Below are positions 50,037-60,211 of a stretch of 64,000 bases of DNA, in pieces. The number at the start of each line of letters is the position of its first letter. The first letter of the stretch is position 1. This DNA comes from an uncultured delta proteobacterium (lineage in GTDB: Bacteria; Desulfobacterota; Desulfobacteria; Desulfobacterales; SG8-13). The notes under the pieces are model-generated. The model did not search any database. It was not told where the DNA came from and worked only from the letters and a program-made list of their open reading frames with translations. Position numbers and translations under genes: made by a program. Location of the stretch: contig CAWKCK010000017.1 of assembly GCA_963848135.1 (NCBI GenBank), forward strand, positions 995,507 through 1,059,506, read 5' to 3'.

Positions 50037-50924
50037 TTAGAGATACCTCCCAAAGATGGGGATCAAGGCCGCAGCGGTACCCGCAATGATCGAGACCGGA
50101 AAAAACCGCGCACTTATGGGGATCATCGGCAGGTACATGGCACCCATTGACAATGCTGACACGGATAAAGCCAGCGCGGCAACCGGTCCGCCATCGGTTA
50201 AATAATAAACTGCCGCTGCGCAACAAAACGCAAGCACGTGGGAAATGCCGGCGATCCACAGGGCATCGGTGGCTCCGAACCGGGCCGGCAGGCTGTGAAC
50301 ACCGGTCTTCCGATCACTGTCAAGATCCATCAGGGCGTAAATAATGTCCGATCCACTGAGCCACCAGAAAACAAACAGGGCGAAAATGACAGCTTCTGGA
50401 GTGAAATTCGGGTGTCCGGCAGCCGCAACGAAAGCCCCCAAGGGCGCCATGGCCAGGCAAAGGCCGATTCCAAAGTGGCAAAACGCCGTAAAGCGCTTCA
50501 GCAGGGAATATCCCAATAGGGGGATCAGGGGCAGTGGCGACAGCACGAGGCACCAGCCGCCCAAAGCGGCACAGGCCGCCAGGTAAACCGCCAGCCCGGT
50601 AAAAGCGACAATTAAAGCCGTTGAAACCGTCAGGCGACCGTCGGGAAGTTCACGACCGGCAGTCCTGGGATTCAATGCATCGATCTTACGGTCAAAAATC
50701 CGGTTGAACGACATGCCAAAAATTCTGGCGCCAACGGCTGCCAGAAGTATCAGAAGCAACACCACCAGAGGGGGTGTCTGCCCCCGGGTGCCGATCCATG
50801 CCCCGGCAAAAACCAACGGTAGGCTGAAGGCCGTATGTTCGATTTTGGTAAACCGCAGGATATTCCGGGCAAGATTTGATGACGACGTCTCCATGCCGAG
50901 GGCGTCTGCGTCAGGATGTGGCAT
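50037..50924 (-). CDS. UbiA-family prenyltransferase of the futalosine pathway (MqnP-like)
   Basis: KIEHTAFSLP, FNRIFDRKIDALNPRT, DIIYALMD. Confidence 0.88.
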   Translation of the reverse strand: MPHPDADALGMETSSSNLARNILRFTKIEHTAFSLPLVFAGAWIGTRGQTPPLVVLLLILLAAVGARIFGMSFNRIFDRKIDALNPRTAGRELPDGRLTVSTALIVAFTGLAVYLAACAALGGWCLVLSPLPLIPLLGYSLLKRFTAFCHFGIGLCLAMAPLGAFVAAAGHPNFTPEAVIFALFVFWWLSGSDIIYALMDLDSDRKTGVHSLPARFGATDALWIAGISHVLAFCCAAAVYYLTDGGPVAALALSVSALSMGAMYLPMIPISARFFPVSIIAGTAAALIPIFGRYL

Positions 50925-51534
50925 AGCGCGATATCCCGTTGTTCAAATGCTCGGCGACAGCCTGGCTGACCATCGCCAAATTCTGATGAAGAGTGGTCCT
51001 CTCACCGTGGTCGGCCGTGTCGGTAATCCCTTTGATCATGTCCCAGGGTATACCGTAGAGTCGTGCGACCCGGGCCACAACCGCTCCCTCCATGTCCACC
51101 AGTTCACCCCAGGCCGCCAGTCGTCGGCGTTCGGCGGGGTCGAAAACCGGCTGTTCAACCGTTACCAGGCGAGCTGCCGGCAAATCCTGCCACAATTCGC
51201 CGGTACAGGGGATGGCATCCGCAGGGACACCGGGACCTGGCAGTTCTTCCAACACCGAAGAAATACGGCGAATATTTCCGGGTTCCAGGCCGATGTTGTC
51301 GACCAAGGTTCCGCAGACCCCCGCGTTCAGAATGCGGTCGCAATTATGTTCGCGGATCAACATCTGAGCCGCCAGTGCAGCCGACACTTTTCCCATTCCG
51401 CTGATAGTGATCAGAACGGGTGGTGTTCTGAGTTCATAGAGCGCAAACGGCTGGGCAGGAATCTCCTTTGCACCGGAGAGCACCAAATAGGGGCGGGCTT
51501 CCTGGATCGTGGCATAGAGAATCCCGATCGTCAT
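50911..51534 (-). CDS. MTA/SAH nucleosidase-family protein, probable (aminodeoxy)futalosine nucleosidase (MqnB role)
   Basis: SGMGKVSAA, NAGVCG, VDMEGA, KGITDTAD; inside the mqn cluster. Confidence 0.8.
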   Translation of the reverse strand: MTIGILYATIQEARPYLVLSGAKEIPAQPFALYELRTPPVLITISGMGKVSAALAAQMLIREHNCDRILNAGVCGTLVDNIGLEPGNIRRISSVLEELPGPGVPADAIPCTGELWQDLPAARLVTVEQPVFDPAERRRLAAWGELVDMEGAVVARVARLYGIPWDMIKGITDTADHGERTTLHQNLAMVSQAVAEHLNNGISRYATS

Positions 51535-52343
51535 ATAATTCCAGCCTCCTGGGCGCGTAGGGTCAGCATGTCGGCTGCCGCCCTTCCGGTTTTTCCAAGA
51601 TCGATGCTGAAGGGATTGACAAAAGTCTGTATGTGCTGTCGCAAAACCTCTTCCGAGAGTTCTTGGGCATGCTGTTGGATATACGGCAAAGCGGCTGCAG
51701 GTTCTTTTTGGGCCCGACGAATGCTGCGGCGGATCAAGGTCTCCATCTTGTGGATGAGATCGTTGCCGAGTTCCTTTTTTGCAGCGATGCATCCCAGGGG
51801 AATGGGTAAGCCGGTTTCCGACTCCCACCAGGCCCCCAGATCGACTATGGATGTGAAGCCGGCCTGCGCGTATGTGAATCGGCTTTCGTGAATGATCACC
51901 CCGCAGTCAGCCCTGTCGGCTGTAATTTCGGGGAGGATTCGATCGTAGGTCGTAAACGTTCTTTTATTTGCACCCGGCGCCCACAGGCGAAAAAGCAGGT
52001 GGGCAGTGGTCCATTCCCCCGGCAACACCACCCGGGCGTTTGCCACCTCAGTTCGCGTCAGGGGTCTTTTGGATACCAGCAGGGGTCCGCAACCATAACC
52101 CAGGGCCGCGCCGCTTGACAGCAACCGGTATCTCTGCCGAACCTTAATCCAGGCGTGAAAGGAAAGTTTGCTGATATCGAGTTCTGCGGCCATGGCCATG
52201 CGATTGAGGGTCTCAACGTCGTGAAGTTCCGTGACAATCTTAATCCCCGGAGGCTTCAGCTCGCCGCAGGCAATTCCGAAGAACATGAAGGTGTCGTTGG
52301 GACAAGGGGAATACCCCAAACGGATGGTATCGATGGGTGCCAT
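51531..52343 (-). CDS. mqnD: 1,4-dihydroxy-6-naphthoate synthase
   Basis: GYSPCPNDTF, DVETLN, IIHESRFTY, LPIPLG. Confidence 0.95.
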   Translation of the reverse strand: MAPIDTIRLGYSPCPNDTFMFFGIACGELKPPGIKIVTELHDVETLNRMAMAAELDISKLSFHAWIKVRQRYRLLSSGAALGYGCGPLLVSKRPLTRTEVANARVVLPGEWTTAHLLFRLWAPGANKRTFTTYDRILPEITADRADCGVIIHESRFTYAQAGFTSIVDLGAWWESETGLPIPLGCIAAKKELGNDLIHKMETLIRRSIRRAQKEPAAALPYIQQHAQELSEEVLRQHIQTFVNPFSIDLGKTGRAAADMLTLRAQEAGII

Positions 52344-52738
52344 TCTATCAACCGGAAAAATATCCTCAATGCTTGGTATGCGCTGGCGGTGAAAACAATG
52401 AACCGTTCATAAACCATTGACGACGCATTAATTTGGCTCATCCGACCATCGCCTTAACTACTGAAGTGAACATGTGGTCATCCGGAGGTGTTCTTTTTAC
52501 GGCAGGCGGACTAGGAAATCAACCGTAAATTTAGCGCCGGGATCCACGTCCCTCCGCAATTCCCCTTTATTTCTTGGGTAGACGAACAAAGTATCCCACA
52601 TTGTTGATTGTCGTAACGACCTGTAAGGTTATGTTATTGTGTTAATTTTGTGCCCTACTGAAAAATTTTGATCATATGTGCGGGCGAAAAAGGGTGCCAT
52701 TAGGACATGAGGCGTGATATACTCTTGCGCATACAATA

Positions 52739-52774
52739 GCGGGAGGGGACCGGCTTGCCCCCCTCCCGTCTTTT
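52739..52774 (+). terminator. Intrinsic terminator-like hairpin
   Basis: GCGGGAGGGG / CCCCTCCCGT stem followed by CTTTT. Confidence 0.6.
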
Positions 52775-52886
52775 AGTATCGGAGACGGGAATAATCGTGC
52801 CTGCAGGTCCGCGTGGCATTTTCGCGATGGCCTGGAGGACCAATGGTGACTATTTTGACATCGATCTAAAAACGAGGAGAAACGAA

Positions 52887-53441
52887 TTGAGAAGATTATC
52901 GGCCATATGGATACTCATCGGACTCGTCATCACGATAGGTTGTGCCCACATGGGCGATCGGCCGCAAACCGGGCCCGCCCACTTCGAGGTGGACATACCT
53001 GCCGGCTGGCAGAAGCACTACACCAAAAAGTACTTCCTGATCTATAAAGGTGATCCCTACCGGCAATACATTATGGTTCAAGAACGCCCGATAGATAAAC
53101 CCTTCAAACACTCTGACAAAATTATAAATGCCGGCATGACGCCGCTGGATGCTGCCGATGTCATTGCTGCCGAACTGGATGCCGACAAGCAAATCCTTGA
53201 CCTCAACGTGATGGAAAAATCGCGGGCAACCATTAAGGGCAACGCGGGTTTCAAACTGTCTTTCTCCTATCGGCTGTCTGATGGCACCCGCTTCAGGACC
53301 CTTTATTACGGTTTTGTCAAGGACAACACTTATTTTAGTCTACGATTCAACGTTACCGCAGACAGGGAATTCGGCCGGGATCTGAATGTGTTTCATGCCG
53401 TGGTAAACAGCTTCAGGTTTGTTGCCGAAAGTACCGGGTAA
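52887..53441 (+). CDS. Putative lipoprotein (possibly PsbP/Mog1-like)
   Basis: GAGGAG plus TTG 52887; lipobox ITIG-C; F.VDIPAGW. Confidence 0.65.
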   Translation: MRRLSAIWILIGLVITIGCAHMGDRPQTGPAHFEVDIPAGWQKHYTKKYFLIYKGDPYRQYIMVQERPIDKPFKHSDKIINAGMTPLDAADVIAAELDADKQILDLNVMEKSRATIKGNAGFKLSFSYRLSDGTRFRTLYYGFVKDNTYFSLRFNVTADREFGRDLNVFHAVVNSFRFVAESTG

Positions 53442-54102
53442 TGCCGTGCCAGAGACCGATAATCACCCCCTGACACAATTGACACTTGTGCGCCACGGCC
53501 GTGTCCACAACCCCCAAAAGATCTTGTATGGCCGGCTGCCCCGGTTTCACCTGAACCCGGAGGGTCTGAGGGAAGCCCAGGCCGTGGCCCAGGCCCTGAA
53601 AAGGCAACCCCTGGCCGCCGTTTTCAGCAGCCCTTTGTTGCGCGCCCGCCAGACAGCCAAGCAAATCCTCATTTTCCATACAGCTTTAAAACTTCAGGTA
53701 TCGAAATTTCTGACTGAGGTGTATACCCCCTTGCAGGGTTGGGCATCGAAGAAAGTGGATGCGTTGGGAGGTGACGTTTACACGGGCTCTGCGCCGCCTT
53801 TCGAGCAGCCACAGGACATTGTCACCCGCGTACGGAAGCTATTCGCCAGAATTCGAAAACAGTATCCTGGCCGGCAGGTCGTCGCAGTAACCCACGGAGA
53901 CATCATAACCTTCATGCTCCTCTGGGCCCGAGGCATGGAACTTTCACCCCGATACAAACGCAATCTTTCTGTAACCGGTATTTCGGACCCATACCCGGCC
54001 ACGGCATCCATGACGACGTTCATCTTCCGGACCGGGTCAGACGATGAACGCCCTGAGATTACCTATACCCGTCCTGCAAAAATACGAAACGAACCGCATT
54101 GA
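53419..54102 (+). CDS. Histidine phosphatase (phosphoglycerate mutase family)
   Basis: LVRHG, SSPLLRARQTA, VTHGD; start uncertain. Confidence 0.88.
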   Translation: MLPKVPGNAVPETDNHPLTQLTLVRHGRVHNPQKILYGRLPRFHLNPEGLREAQAVAQALKRQPLAAVFSSPLLRARQTAKQILIFHTALKLQVSKFLTEVYTPLQGWASKKVDALGGDVYTGSAPPFEQPQDIVTRVRKLFARIRKQYPGRQVVAVTHGDIITFMLLWARGMELSPRYKRNLSVTGISDPYPATASMTTFIFRTGSDDERPEITYTRPAKIRNEPH

Positions 54103-54123
54103 ATTTCGGAAAATATTCGACGG

Positions 54124-54456
54124 TCAGGGGTATCCGAGTGAGAGATAGCTGGCGCCAACGCAGTAGTGGCAGCCAATCGTATCCTTGGCCTCGCTACACC
54201 AGCGAACCTCTGCAAGGGTTATTTCGCGATGACCCTCGCATATTTCACTGGTGCACTTTTCAAGTGCGGGGTAATGGCGTTTGATCAGGATCGTAGAACC
54301 TGGGCGCGGCGCCGACGACGACTCCAGGCAGACCCCACCTTCACTGAAATTGAGTTGCCTTGCTTTATGGAATTGATTTTGATTGAAATAACACCAGACT
54401 ACCGGAAGATCACAGGACTGCCGTTCGCAGGCTCTTTTTTCTAATTTTGCATCCAT
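54124..54456 (-). CDS. PilZ-domain (c-di-GMP binding) protein
   Basis: RACER (RxxxR) and NFSEGG (D/NxSxxG); AEVRWC. Confidence 0.8.
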   Translation of the reverse strand: MDAKLEKRACERQSCDLPVVWCYFNQNQFHKARQLNFSEGGVCLESSSAPRPGSTILIKRHYPALEKCTSEICEGHREITLAEVRWCSEAKDTIGCHYCVGASYLSLGYP

Positions 54457-54643
54457 GAACCCACCCTCTAACCTTCGCATCGGATCCTGAAGGAGTCGGA
54501 GAAAGAGCGGATACAGTGGAAGACCGGTACGCGATTCCGATGCTTAAACGTGTGCGTAGCCACGACGGCAATGACTCGAGTGATTTCTTCATATTCTACA
54601 TCTATGTCGGTGATGCTGTCAAATTGAATATGTTCCCCGTGGT

Positions 54644-56170
54644 TTACAGATAATTGTGAAGCCCTTCGGGAAATGGTTCGTTGTCGTCAGCGGACAAAAA
54701 AGTGCCCCCGTCTCTACGAAGAGCGCCGCGGGTGGTTGCCAGGTTGTCGAGAAATGCCTGATCGATGTCTCCGGTTATGTATTGACCGTCAAATATGGAG
54801 CAGTCAAAATTCTTGACTACCGGATTCCCGGCCGCAGTGCAGGCAACCAAGTCATCGATTTCCTGATAAACGAGCCAGTCAGCACCGATCAGACGCTCGA
54901 CATCTTTTTCGGTACGCCCGTGGGCGATCAGATCGCCGGTTGTGGGCATATCGATGCCGTATACGTTGGGATACCGAACCGGGGGTGCCGCCGAGGCAAA
55001 GTAGACCTTCCGGGCACCGGCATCACGGGCCATCTGAATAATCTGCCGGCTGGTTGTCCCCCGCACAATGGAATCGTCCACCAGCAGGATGGTCTTGCCT
55101 TGGAACTCCGAACGGATCGGGTTGAGTTTGCGCTTGACTGACAGGGTTCGCTGCCGTTGATCCGACATGATAAACGTGCGCCCGATATAGCGATTCTTCA
55201 CGAATCCTTCGCAAAACCTGACACCGATGCGGGTCGCCAACCGTAAGGCGGAGGGCAGACTGGTATCCGGGACCGGTATCACGGCCTCTATGTCATGGTC
55301 CGGCCGCTCGCGCAATATTTTCCCGGCCAGTTTCGATCCCATACGCAGTCGCGATTGATAAACAGATATCCCTTCCAGGATCGAGTCCGGTCGTGCAAAA
55401 TAGACATATTCGAAAATACAGGGAAAACGACCGGGTTTGTCGGCACAGGTGCGGGTGGACAGCCGCCCCGCAGAATCAATACAGACGGCTTCACCTGGAC
55501 CGATATCCCGAACCAATGTGAAACCGAGAACGTCCAGCGCGGCACTCTCCGAGGCAATCATGTAATCATCGCCTTCACCCGTATCGCGTTTTCCAATACA
55601 AAGGGGACGAATACCGTTGGGATCGCGGAAGCCAACAACACCAAATCCGTTGATCATGACAGCCACAGCATAGCCACCGCGGCAGCGATGGTGCACACCG
55701 CGAACGGCAGTAAAAATATCGTCAGGTGACAGTTTCGAATTGCTGAGTTTTTGTAGTTCGTGGGCGAATACGTTGAGAAGAACCTCCGTATCACACCCGG
55801 TGTTCATGTGTCGTAGATCGGACTCGACCAGTTGCCGAGCCACCGACACCGCATTGGTCAGGTTTCCGTTGTGAGCCAGAGCAATGCCGTAGGGTGAATT
55901 GACATAAAAAGGCTGGGCCTCGGCGGAAGAAAAACCACCGGCCGTGGGGTAACGGACATGCCCAATACCCATCGTGCCGGTCAGCCGTTTCAGGTGGCGG
56001 GTTGTAAATACGTCGCGCACAAGCCCGTTGGACTTCCGCAGGAAAAACCTGCCATCCTGACATGTGGCAATGCCAGCCGCGTCTTGACCCCGGTGCTGAA
56101 GTACCGTCAAAGCGTCAGACAGCGCCTGGTTCACGGATGTTCGGGAAACAATACCGACAACTCCGCACAT
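54644..56170 (-). CDS. purF: Amidophosphoribosyltransferase
   Basis: MCGVVG, LQHRGQDAAG, CIFEYVYFARPDS, VDDSIVRGTT. Confidence 0.97.
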   Translation of the reverse strand: MCGVVGIVSRTSVNQALSDALTVLQHRGQDAAGIATCQDGRFFLRKSNGLVRDVFTTRHLKRLTGTMGIGHVRYPTAGGFSSAEAQPFYVNSPYGIALAHNGNLTNAVSVARQLVESDLRHMNTGCDTEVLLNVFAHELQKLSNSKLSPDDIFTAVRGVHHRCRGGYAVAVMINGFGVVGFRDPNGIRPLCIGKRDTGEGDDYMIASESAALDVLGFTLVRDIGPGEAVCIDSAGRLSTRTCADKPGRFPCIFEYVYFARPDSILEGISVYQSRLRMGSKLAGKILRERPDHDIEAVIPVPDTSLPSALRLATRIGVRFCEGFVKNRYIGRTFIMSDQRQRTLSVKRKLNPIRSEFQGKTILLVDDSIVRGTTSRQIIQMARDAGARKVYFASAAPPVRYPNVYGIDMPTTGDLIAHGRTEKDVERLIGADWLVYQEIDDLVACTAAGNPVVKNFDCSIFDGQYITGDIDQAFLDNLATTRGALRRDGGTFLSADDNEPFPEGLHNYL

Positions 56171-56212
56171 TTTTATTCCTTTCCCTGAGGATGCCGACCT
56201 GCAAGACCTCAA

Positions 56213-56426
56213 TAGAAGTTATCTCAAAATTAGGATTTTCGGTCGAGATCAAGGCGAGACCGAGGATCCCCGCTGTGCGGGATTTCCCATCCGATCCAAC
56301 ACAGCATGTGGGTCACAACCCGCAGGCTGTCTCAAGTATGTCGAGGACTTGAGACAAGGGTTCAACGCCGAAATTTATCCGCCTCTGGCAGACCGGGCGA
56401 AAAGACTTTTTTGAGATGCCGTATAG
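56213..56426. repeat. MITE-like element (family D)
   Basis: ATCTCAAAA / TTTTGAGAT terminal inverted repeat; internal TGTCTCAAGT..ACTTGAGACA hairpin; two micro-palindromes. Confidence 0.6.
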
Positions 56427-56687
56427 CATCTCGTTCGGGTGTATTGCACAAAGCAGCGTCTGTGACCGAAATAGCCTTCTCTTTGAAAACGGCCGGCCGA
56501 AATCATTCAAACCGGTCAACAGATGTTTGACACTGCCGTTAGCCTTGCCTATACTTTCACTATTCGTAGTGAATCAGTTTGTCGGATCGTTCAAGGCGCA
56601 GCGAAATCAACGATGGAAAGAACTTACCGGACCCTTTGACCATATGGCAATTGAATAGAACCCCGTAGCTCCAGCCAGACGAACAGG

Positions 56688-57620
56688 ATGTGCCCCATGA
56701 AACCCAGACGGTCAATTTTATCGGTTCCTGGTCATGTTGAGAAAATGCACCAAAAGGCCCGCCTGAGCCCGGCGGATGTCATTATGCTCGATCTGGAAGA
56801 CAGTGTCCCGCTGGATGCCAAAGAAACCGCCCGTGAAACGGTGGTCCGGTCCATCCTCTCACTGGATTGGCAAGATAAGATCGTGACGACCCGGATAAAT
56901 GGCCTGGAAACACCATTTGGATACCTGGATCTTCTCTCTCTGGCGGAAAGAGCCGGTCAACGGCTCGATAGCGTCGTGGTCCCCAAAGTCGATCACAGTG
57001 GAGACATCCATTTTGTGGACCGCCTGTTGAACGGCATCGAGATGAACACGAAATTCACGAACCGGATCGGTATCGAGGCCAGCATCGAATCGGCACAGGG
57101 CCTCGAGCGGGTGTCCGAAATTGCCGGTGCCAGCTCCCGCCTTGAAACGCTGGTTTTCGGTGTCGCGGACTTTTCCTCCTCCATCGGCGCCCGCCTGGTC
57201 TCTCTGTCCGGCCATGGCGAAATGGAAGAAGATCTTTATCCGGGCCACCGCTGGAATTTCGTCATGAGTCGCTTGGTTATGGCCGCCAAAGCCCATGGCT
57301 TGATGGCGATCGATGCGCCATACGGTAACTTCAAGGATCCCGGTGGTCTGCGGCGTGCCGCCACCACGGCCTGCGCTTTGGGCTTCGACGGCAAATGGGC
57401 GATTCACCCGGATCAACTCGGCGGCATCAACGCAGTCTTCTCCCCGACTCCCGAAGACATCGATCGCGCGCGCAGGGTTCTCGACGCTTACGCGGAAGCA
57501 AAAACTGCAGGCCGGGGGGCAGTGTCAGTCGACGGTCGAATGATCGACCAGGCAACCGTGCGTCTGGCCCGGCAACTCTGGGAACATGCCCGCCACCTGA
57601 ATCTGACAGAAAAGAAATAA
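56688..57620 (+). CDS. CitE / malyl-CoA lyase-family CoA ester lyase
   Basis: RRSILSVPG, LDLEDSV, IESAQG, GFDGKWAIHP, GRMID. Confidence 0.9.
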   Translation: MCPMKPRRSILSVPGHVEKMHQKARLSPADVIMLDLEDSVPLDAKETARETVVRSILSLDWQDKIVTTRINGLETPFGYLDLLSLAERAGQRLDSVVVPKVDHSGDIHFVDRLLNGIEMNTKFTNRIGIEASIESAQGLERVSEIAGASSRLETLVFGVADFSSSIGARLVSLSGHGEMEEDLYPGHRWNFVMSRLVMAAKAHGLMAIDAPYGNFKDPGGLRRAATTACALGFDGKWAIHPDQLGGINAVFSPTPEDIDRARRVLDAYAEAKTAGRGAVSVDGRMIDQATVRLARQLWEHARHLNLTEKK

Positions 57621-57666
57621 AAGTCGCTGAACAACGGAGGATCTTAGCGCTGGGAGTATTTTGCAT

Positions 57667-58365
57667 TCATGCGCGCGGGTGGCTTTCATCTCCATGCTCT
57701 TTTCGGGGTTCTATGCAGCCGGCATCATTGTTGGCCGCGCGGTTGACACGCGCGGAAACGGCGTGGAATTTGAAATCGTGCAAACCGTAGGTTTGAAGCA
57801 CCTCCTGGAGCCGAGAAGTGATCTGATTTAACGGGTCCAGCCATGTGTCCCACCCGTCAGGGTGCAAAATAACGGGCATTCGATGGTGGATTCCCCGCAA
57901 TTCGGGACTCGCATCGGTCGTAAGGATCGTACAGGAACGATGCGGTGACTGCCCCTCACTTTTTCTCCATGTTTCCCAAAGCCCGGCAAAACCGAAGGGT
58001 CCACCTGTCGACAGGGTCACAAACCACGGTTGCTTGCGACCCTTCTCACCTTTCCATTCGTAAAAGCCATCCGCAACAACCAGGCAACGCCTCTTTATGA
58101 AGGCATCCCGAAAACTCGGCTTTTCTGCCACTGTTTCCACCCGGGCATTGACCAACCGGGCAGCAATCGAGGGGTCTTTAGCCCAAAAGGGCACCAATCC
58201 CCAGTAAAACGAAACGAGCCGGTTGCCACCGTTGCGAACCACTGCCTGCACCGGCTGTGTCGGTGCAATGTTGTAGCTGGCAGCGGTTTCGGCCTCCACA
58301 CTGTCGACATTGAATGTCTTTTCGATGAGGTCGAGTGAACTGTGTTTGACGAATCTTCCGCACAC
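57667..58365 (-). CDS. SOS response-associated peptidase (SRAP / YedK / HMCES)
   Basis: GTG start gives MCGRF with catalytic Cys2; YNIAPTQ, NARVET, GFYEW, IHHRMPVIL. Confidence 0.93.
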   Translation of the reverse strand: MCGRFVKHSSLDLIEKTFNVDSVEAETAASYNIAPTQPVQAVVRNGGNRLVSFYWGLVPFWAKDPSIAARLVNARVETVAEKPSFRDAFIKRRCLVVADGFYEWKGEKGRKQPWFVTLSTGGPFGFAGLWETWRKSEGQSPHRSCTILTTDASPELRGIHHRMPVILHPDGWDTWLDPLNQITSRLQEVLQTYGLHDFKFHAVSARVNRAANNDAGCIEPRKEHGDESHPRA

Positions 58366-58527
58366 AATATGGATCCCCTGGCACACAAATCAATGGGTAT
58401 AGGCGTGGGCAAGGCGCTTTCACCCGGCCTTACCGATCAGCCGGGTGAAGGCGGCATGGCAATGCATCGCGGTGGCGTCTGTAAAGTCGGCAAGTTATAG
58501 AATTCGCGTTGGTTAACCGAATCGGCA

Positions 58528-58824
58528 TTATTCCGAAAATCCGTAATGGTAAATTTCGTAGTCAGTTTCGCCGCCCAGAAGAATGTCGATCTCACCCTGG
58601 ATTTTTTTTCGCTCATCGCTCTGCAGCCAGGACTTCCAGTCCTCCGATGAGTGCCAGGTACTGATAACAAGAAACTCTCCCGGCGCATCCAGGCGCTTGA
58701 GCGTTTCACCGGAGATATAACCGGGCTGATTGGTCGCCATAGAACGCATTTTTCTGAAAAGGGGGATCATTTGTTTTGCTCTTTCGGCCGGGATTTTTCT
58801 TTTGATAAGGATTTTGACCGCCAT
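58528..58824 (-). CDS. ABM-family monooxygenase-like protein
   Basis: QPGYISGETL, STWHSSEDW; GAGGAGG RBS; paralog of 11450-11749. Confidence 0.85.
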   Translation of the reverse strand: MAVKILIKRKIPAERAKQMIPLFRKMRSMATNQPGYISGETLKRLDAPGEFLVISTWHSSEDWKSWLQSDERKKIQGEIDILLGGETDYEIYHYGFSE

Positions 58825-58999
58825 AATAAACCTCCTCGTTATTGATTAACCGGTTGAATTTGGTTATATATTTTAATACCCTGACCGCGGTCGGTCAAGA
58901 GCATGATCCCTGCAAATGGGGTGCAGCTTCCGTCGGCCAAACCGGCTTCGAACCCGGATGGTGCTGGGAATTCTATTCAAGGAAGGGTAAAAAAACCGG

Positions 59000-60211
59000 A
59001 TGAAATGCCTTTGCAGTATATACTCTGCAGCGCAAAAAACTTCCACCGGAATCTGCACATACCCTGTCGGGGTTTTGGACCAGCGGTGTATCGATTGGTT
59101 GGGCCGCATTCGGATAATCGGGCTGTTGATCTTTGTGATGACCACAACGGGTTGTGAAAGCATCCGGTATTATTCGCATGTCGCCTCTGGCCAGCTAAGT
59201 ATTATCAACCATCGCCAGCCTATCAAGACACTCATTGCCGATCCGCAAACGGATCCGGTGGTGAAACAGAAGCTGGAGCGGATTCTCGAAATCCGGGAAT
59301 TTGCTGAAAAAGACCTCGCCCTTCCCGTCGATGACAACTATCTCAGCTACGTTGATCTGCATCGTCCCTTCGTGGCATGGAACGTCGGCGCGGCCCCCGA
59401 ATTCTCTCTCACACCCAAAACCTGGTACTATCCGATTGTCGGGCATGCGTCCTACCGGGGTTATTTTTCACAGGACAGAGCGAATGCATTTGCAGAACAG
59501 CTGAAAAACGAGGGCTTCGACGTTTACGTTGGCGGGGTAACCGCCTATTCGACCCTGGGATGGTTCGCCGATCCGGTGTTCAACACGATCATCAGGGGCA
59601 GCGACGACGCAACAGCGGCCCTGATTTTTCATGAACTGGCCCACCAGATCCTGTATGTACCGGACGACACGACGTTCAACGAGAGCTTTGCCACGACCGT
59701 CGAACAGGAGGGCCTGCGCCGCTGGATGGAAAGCAATGGCAACATGACAGGTTACCAGGTATATCTGGAACAACGCCACCGTCGCGAGGCGTTTATTGCC
59801 CTGATTACGAAATATCGGCAGAAACTGGAAGCGCTGTATCGGCTGACTCTGGAACAAAACGACATGCGTCAGCGCAAGGCGTCTGTCTTTACGTCTCTGA
59901 AAAATGAGTATGGATCTCTAAAATCTTTCTGGGGAGGATATACGGGCTATGATGCCTGGTTTGGCGAACAATTGAACAATGCGAAACTGAATTCGATCGG
60001 GGCGTATTATGACCTTGTGCCGGCCTTTAACCGTCTTTTGGACAGCCAAGATGGCAATCTGGAAGCGTTTTACGAAAAATGCCGGTCCCTTACCGCACTG
60101 CCAGCCCCCGAGAGAAATGAGCGTCTCAGGGCCTGGCACCAACGTTCCGCCACGGCTCGGCAGGCGCAAATGCATCGACCCGCGTCCTTTATCTCGACCC
60201 GTCCCAGATAA
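59000..60211 (+). CDS. Predicted zinc aminopeptidase lipoprotein (DUF2265-like)
   Basis: TTGC lipobox, YRGYF, AYSTLGWF.DP, IFHELAHQ, FNESFA; start uncertain. Confidence 0.82.
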   Translation: MKCLCSIYSAAQKTSTGICTYPVGVLDQRCIDWLGRIRIIGLLIFVMTTTGCESIRYYSHVASGQLSIINHRQPIKTLIADPQTDPVVKQKLERILEIREFAEKDLALPVDDNYLSYVDLHRPFVAWNVGAAPEFSLTPKTWYYPIVGHASYRGYFSQDRANAFAEQLKNEGFDVYVGGVTAYSTLGWFADPVFNTIIRGSDDATAALIFHELAHQILYVPDDTTFNESFATTVEQEGLRRWMESNGNMTGYQVYLEQRHRREAFIALITKYRQKLEALYRLTLEQNDMRQRKASVFTSLKNEYGSLKSFWGGYTGYDAWFGEQLNNAKLNSIGAYYDLVPAFNRLLDSQDGNLEAFYEKCRSLTALPAPERNERLRAWHQRSATARQAQMHRPASFISTRPR

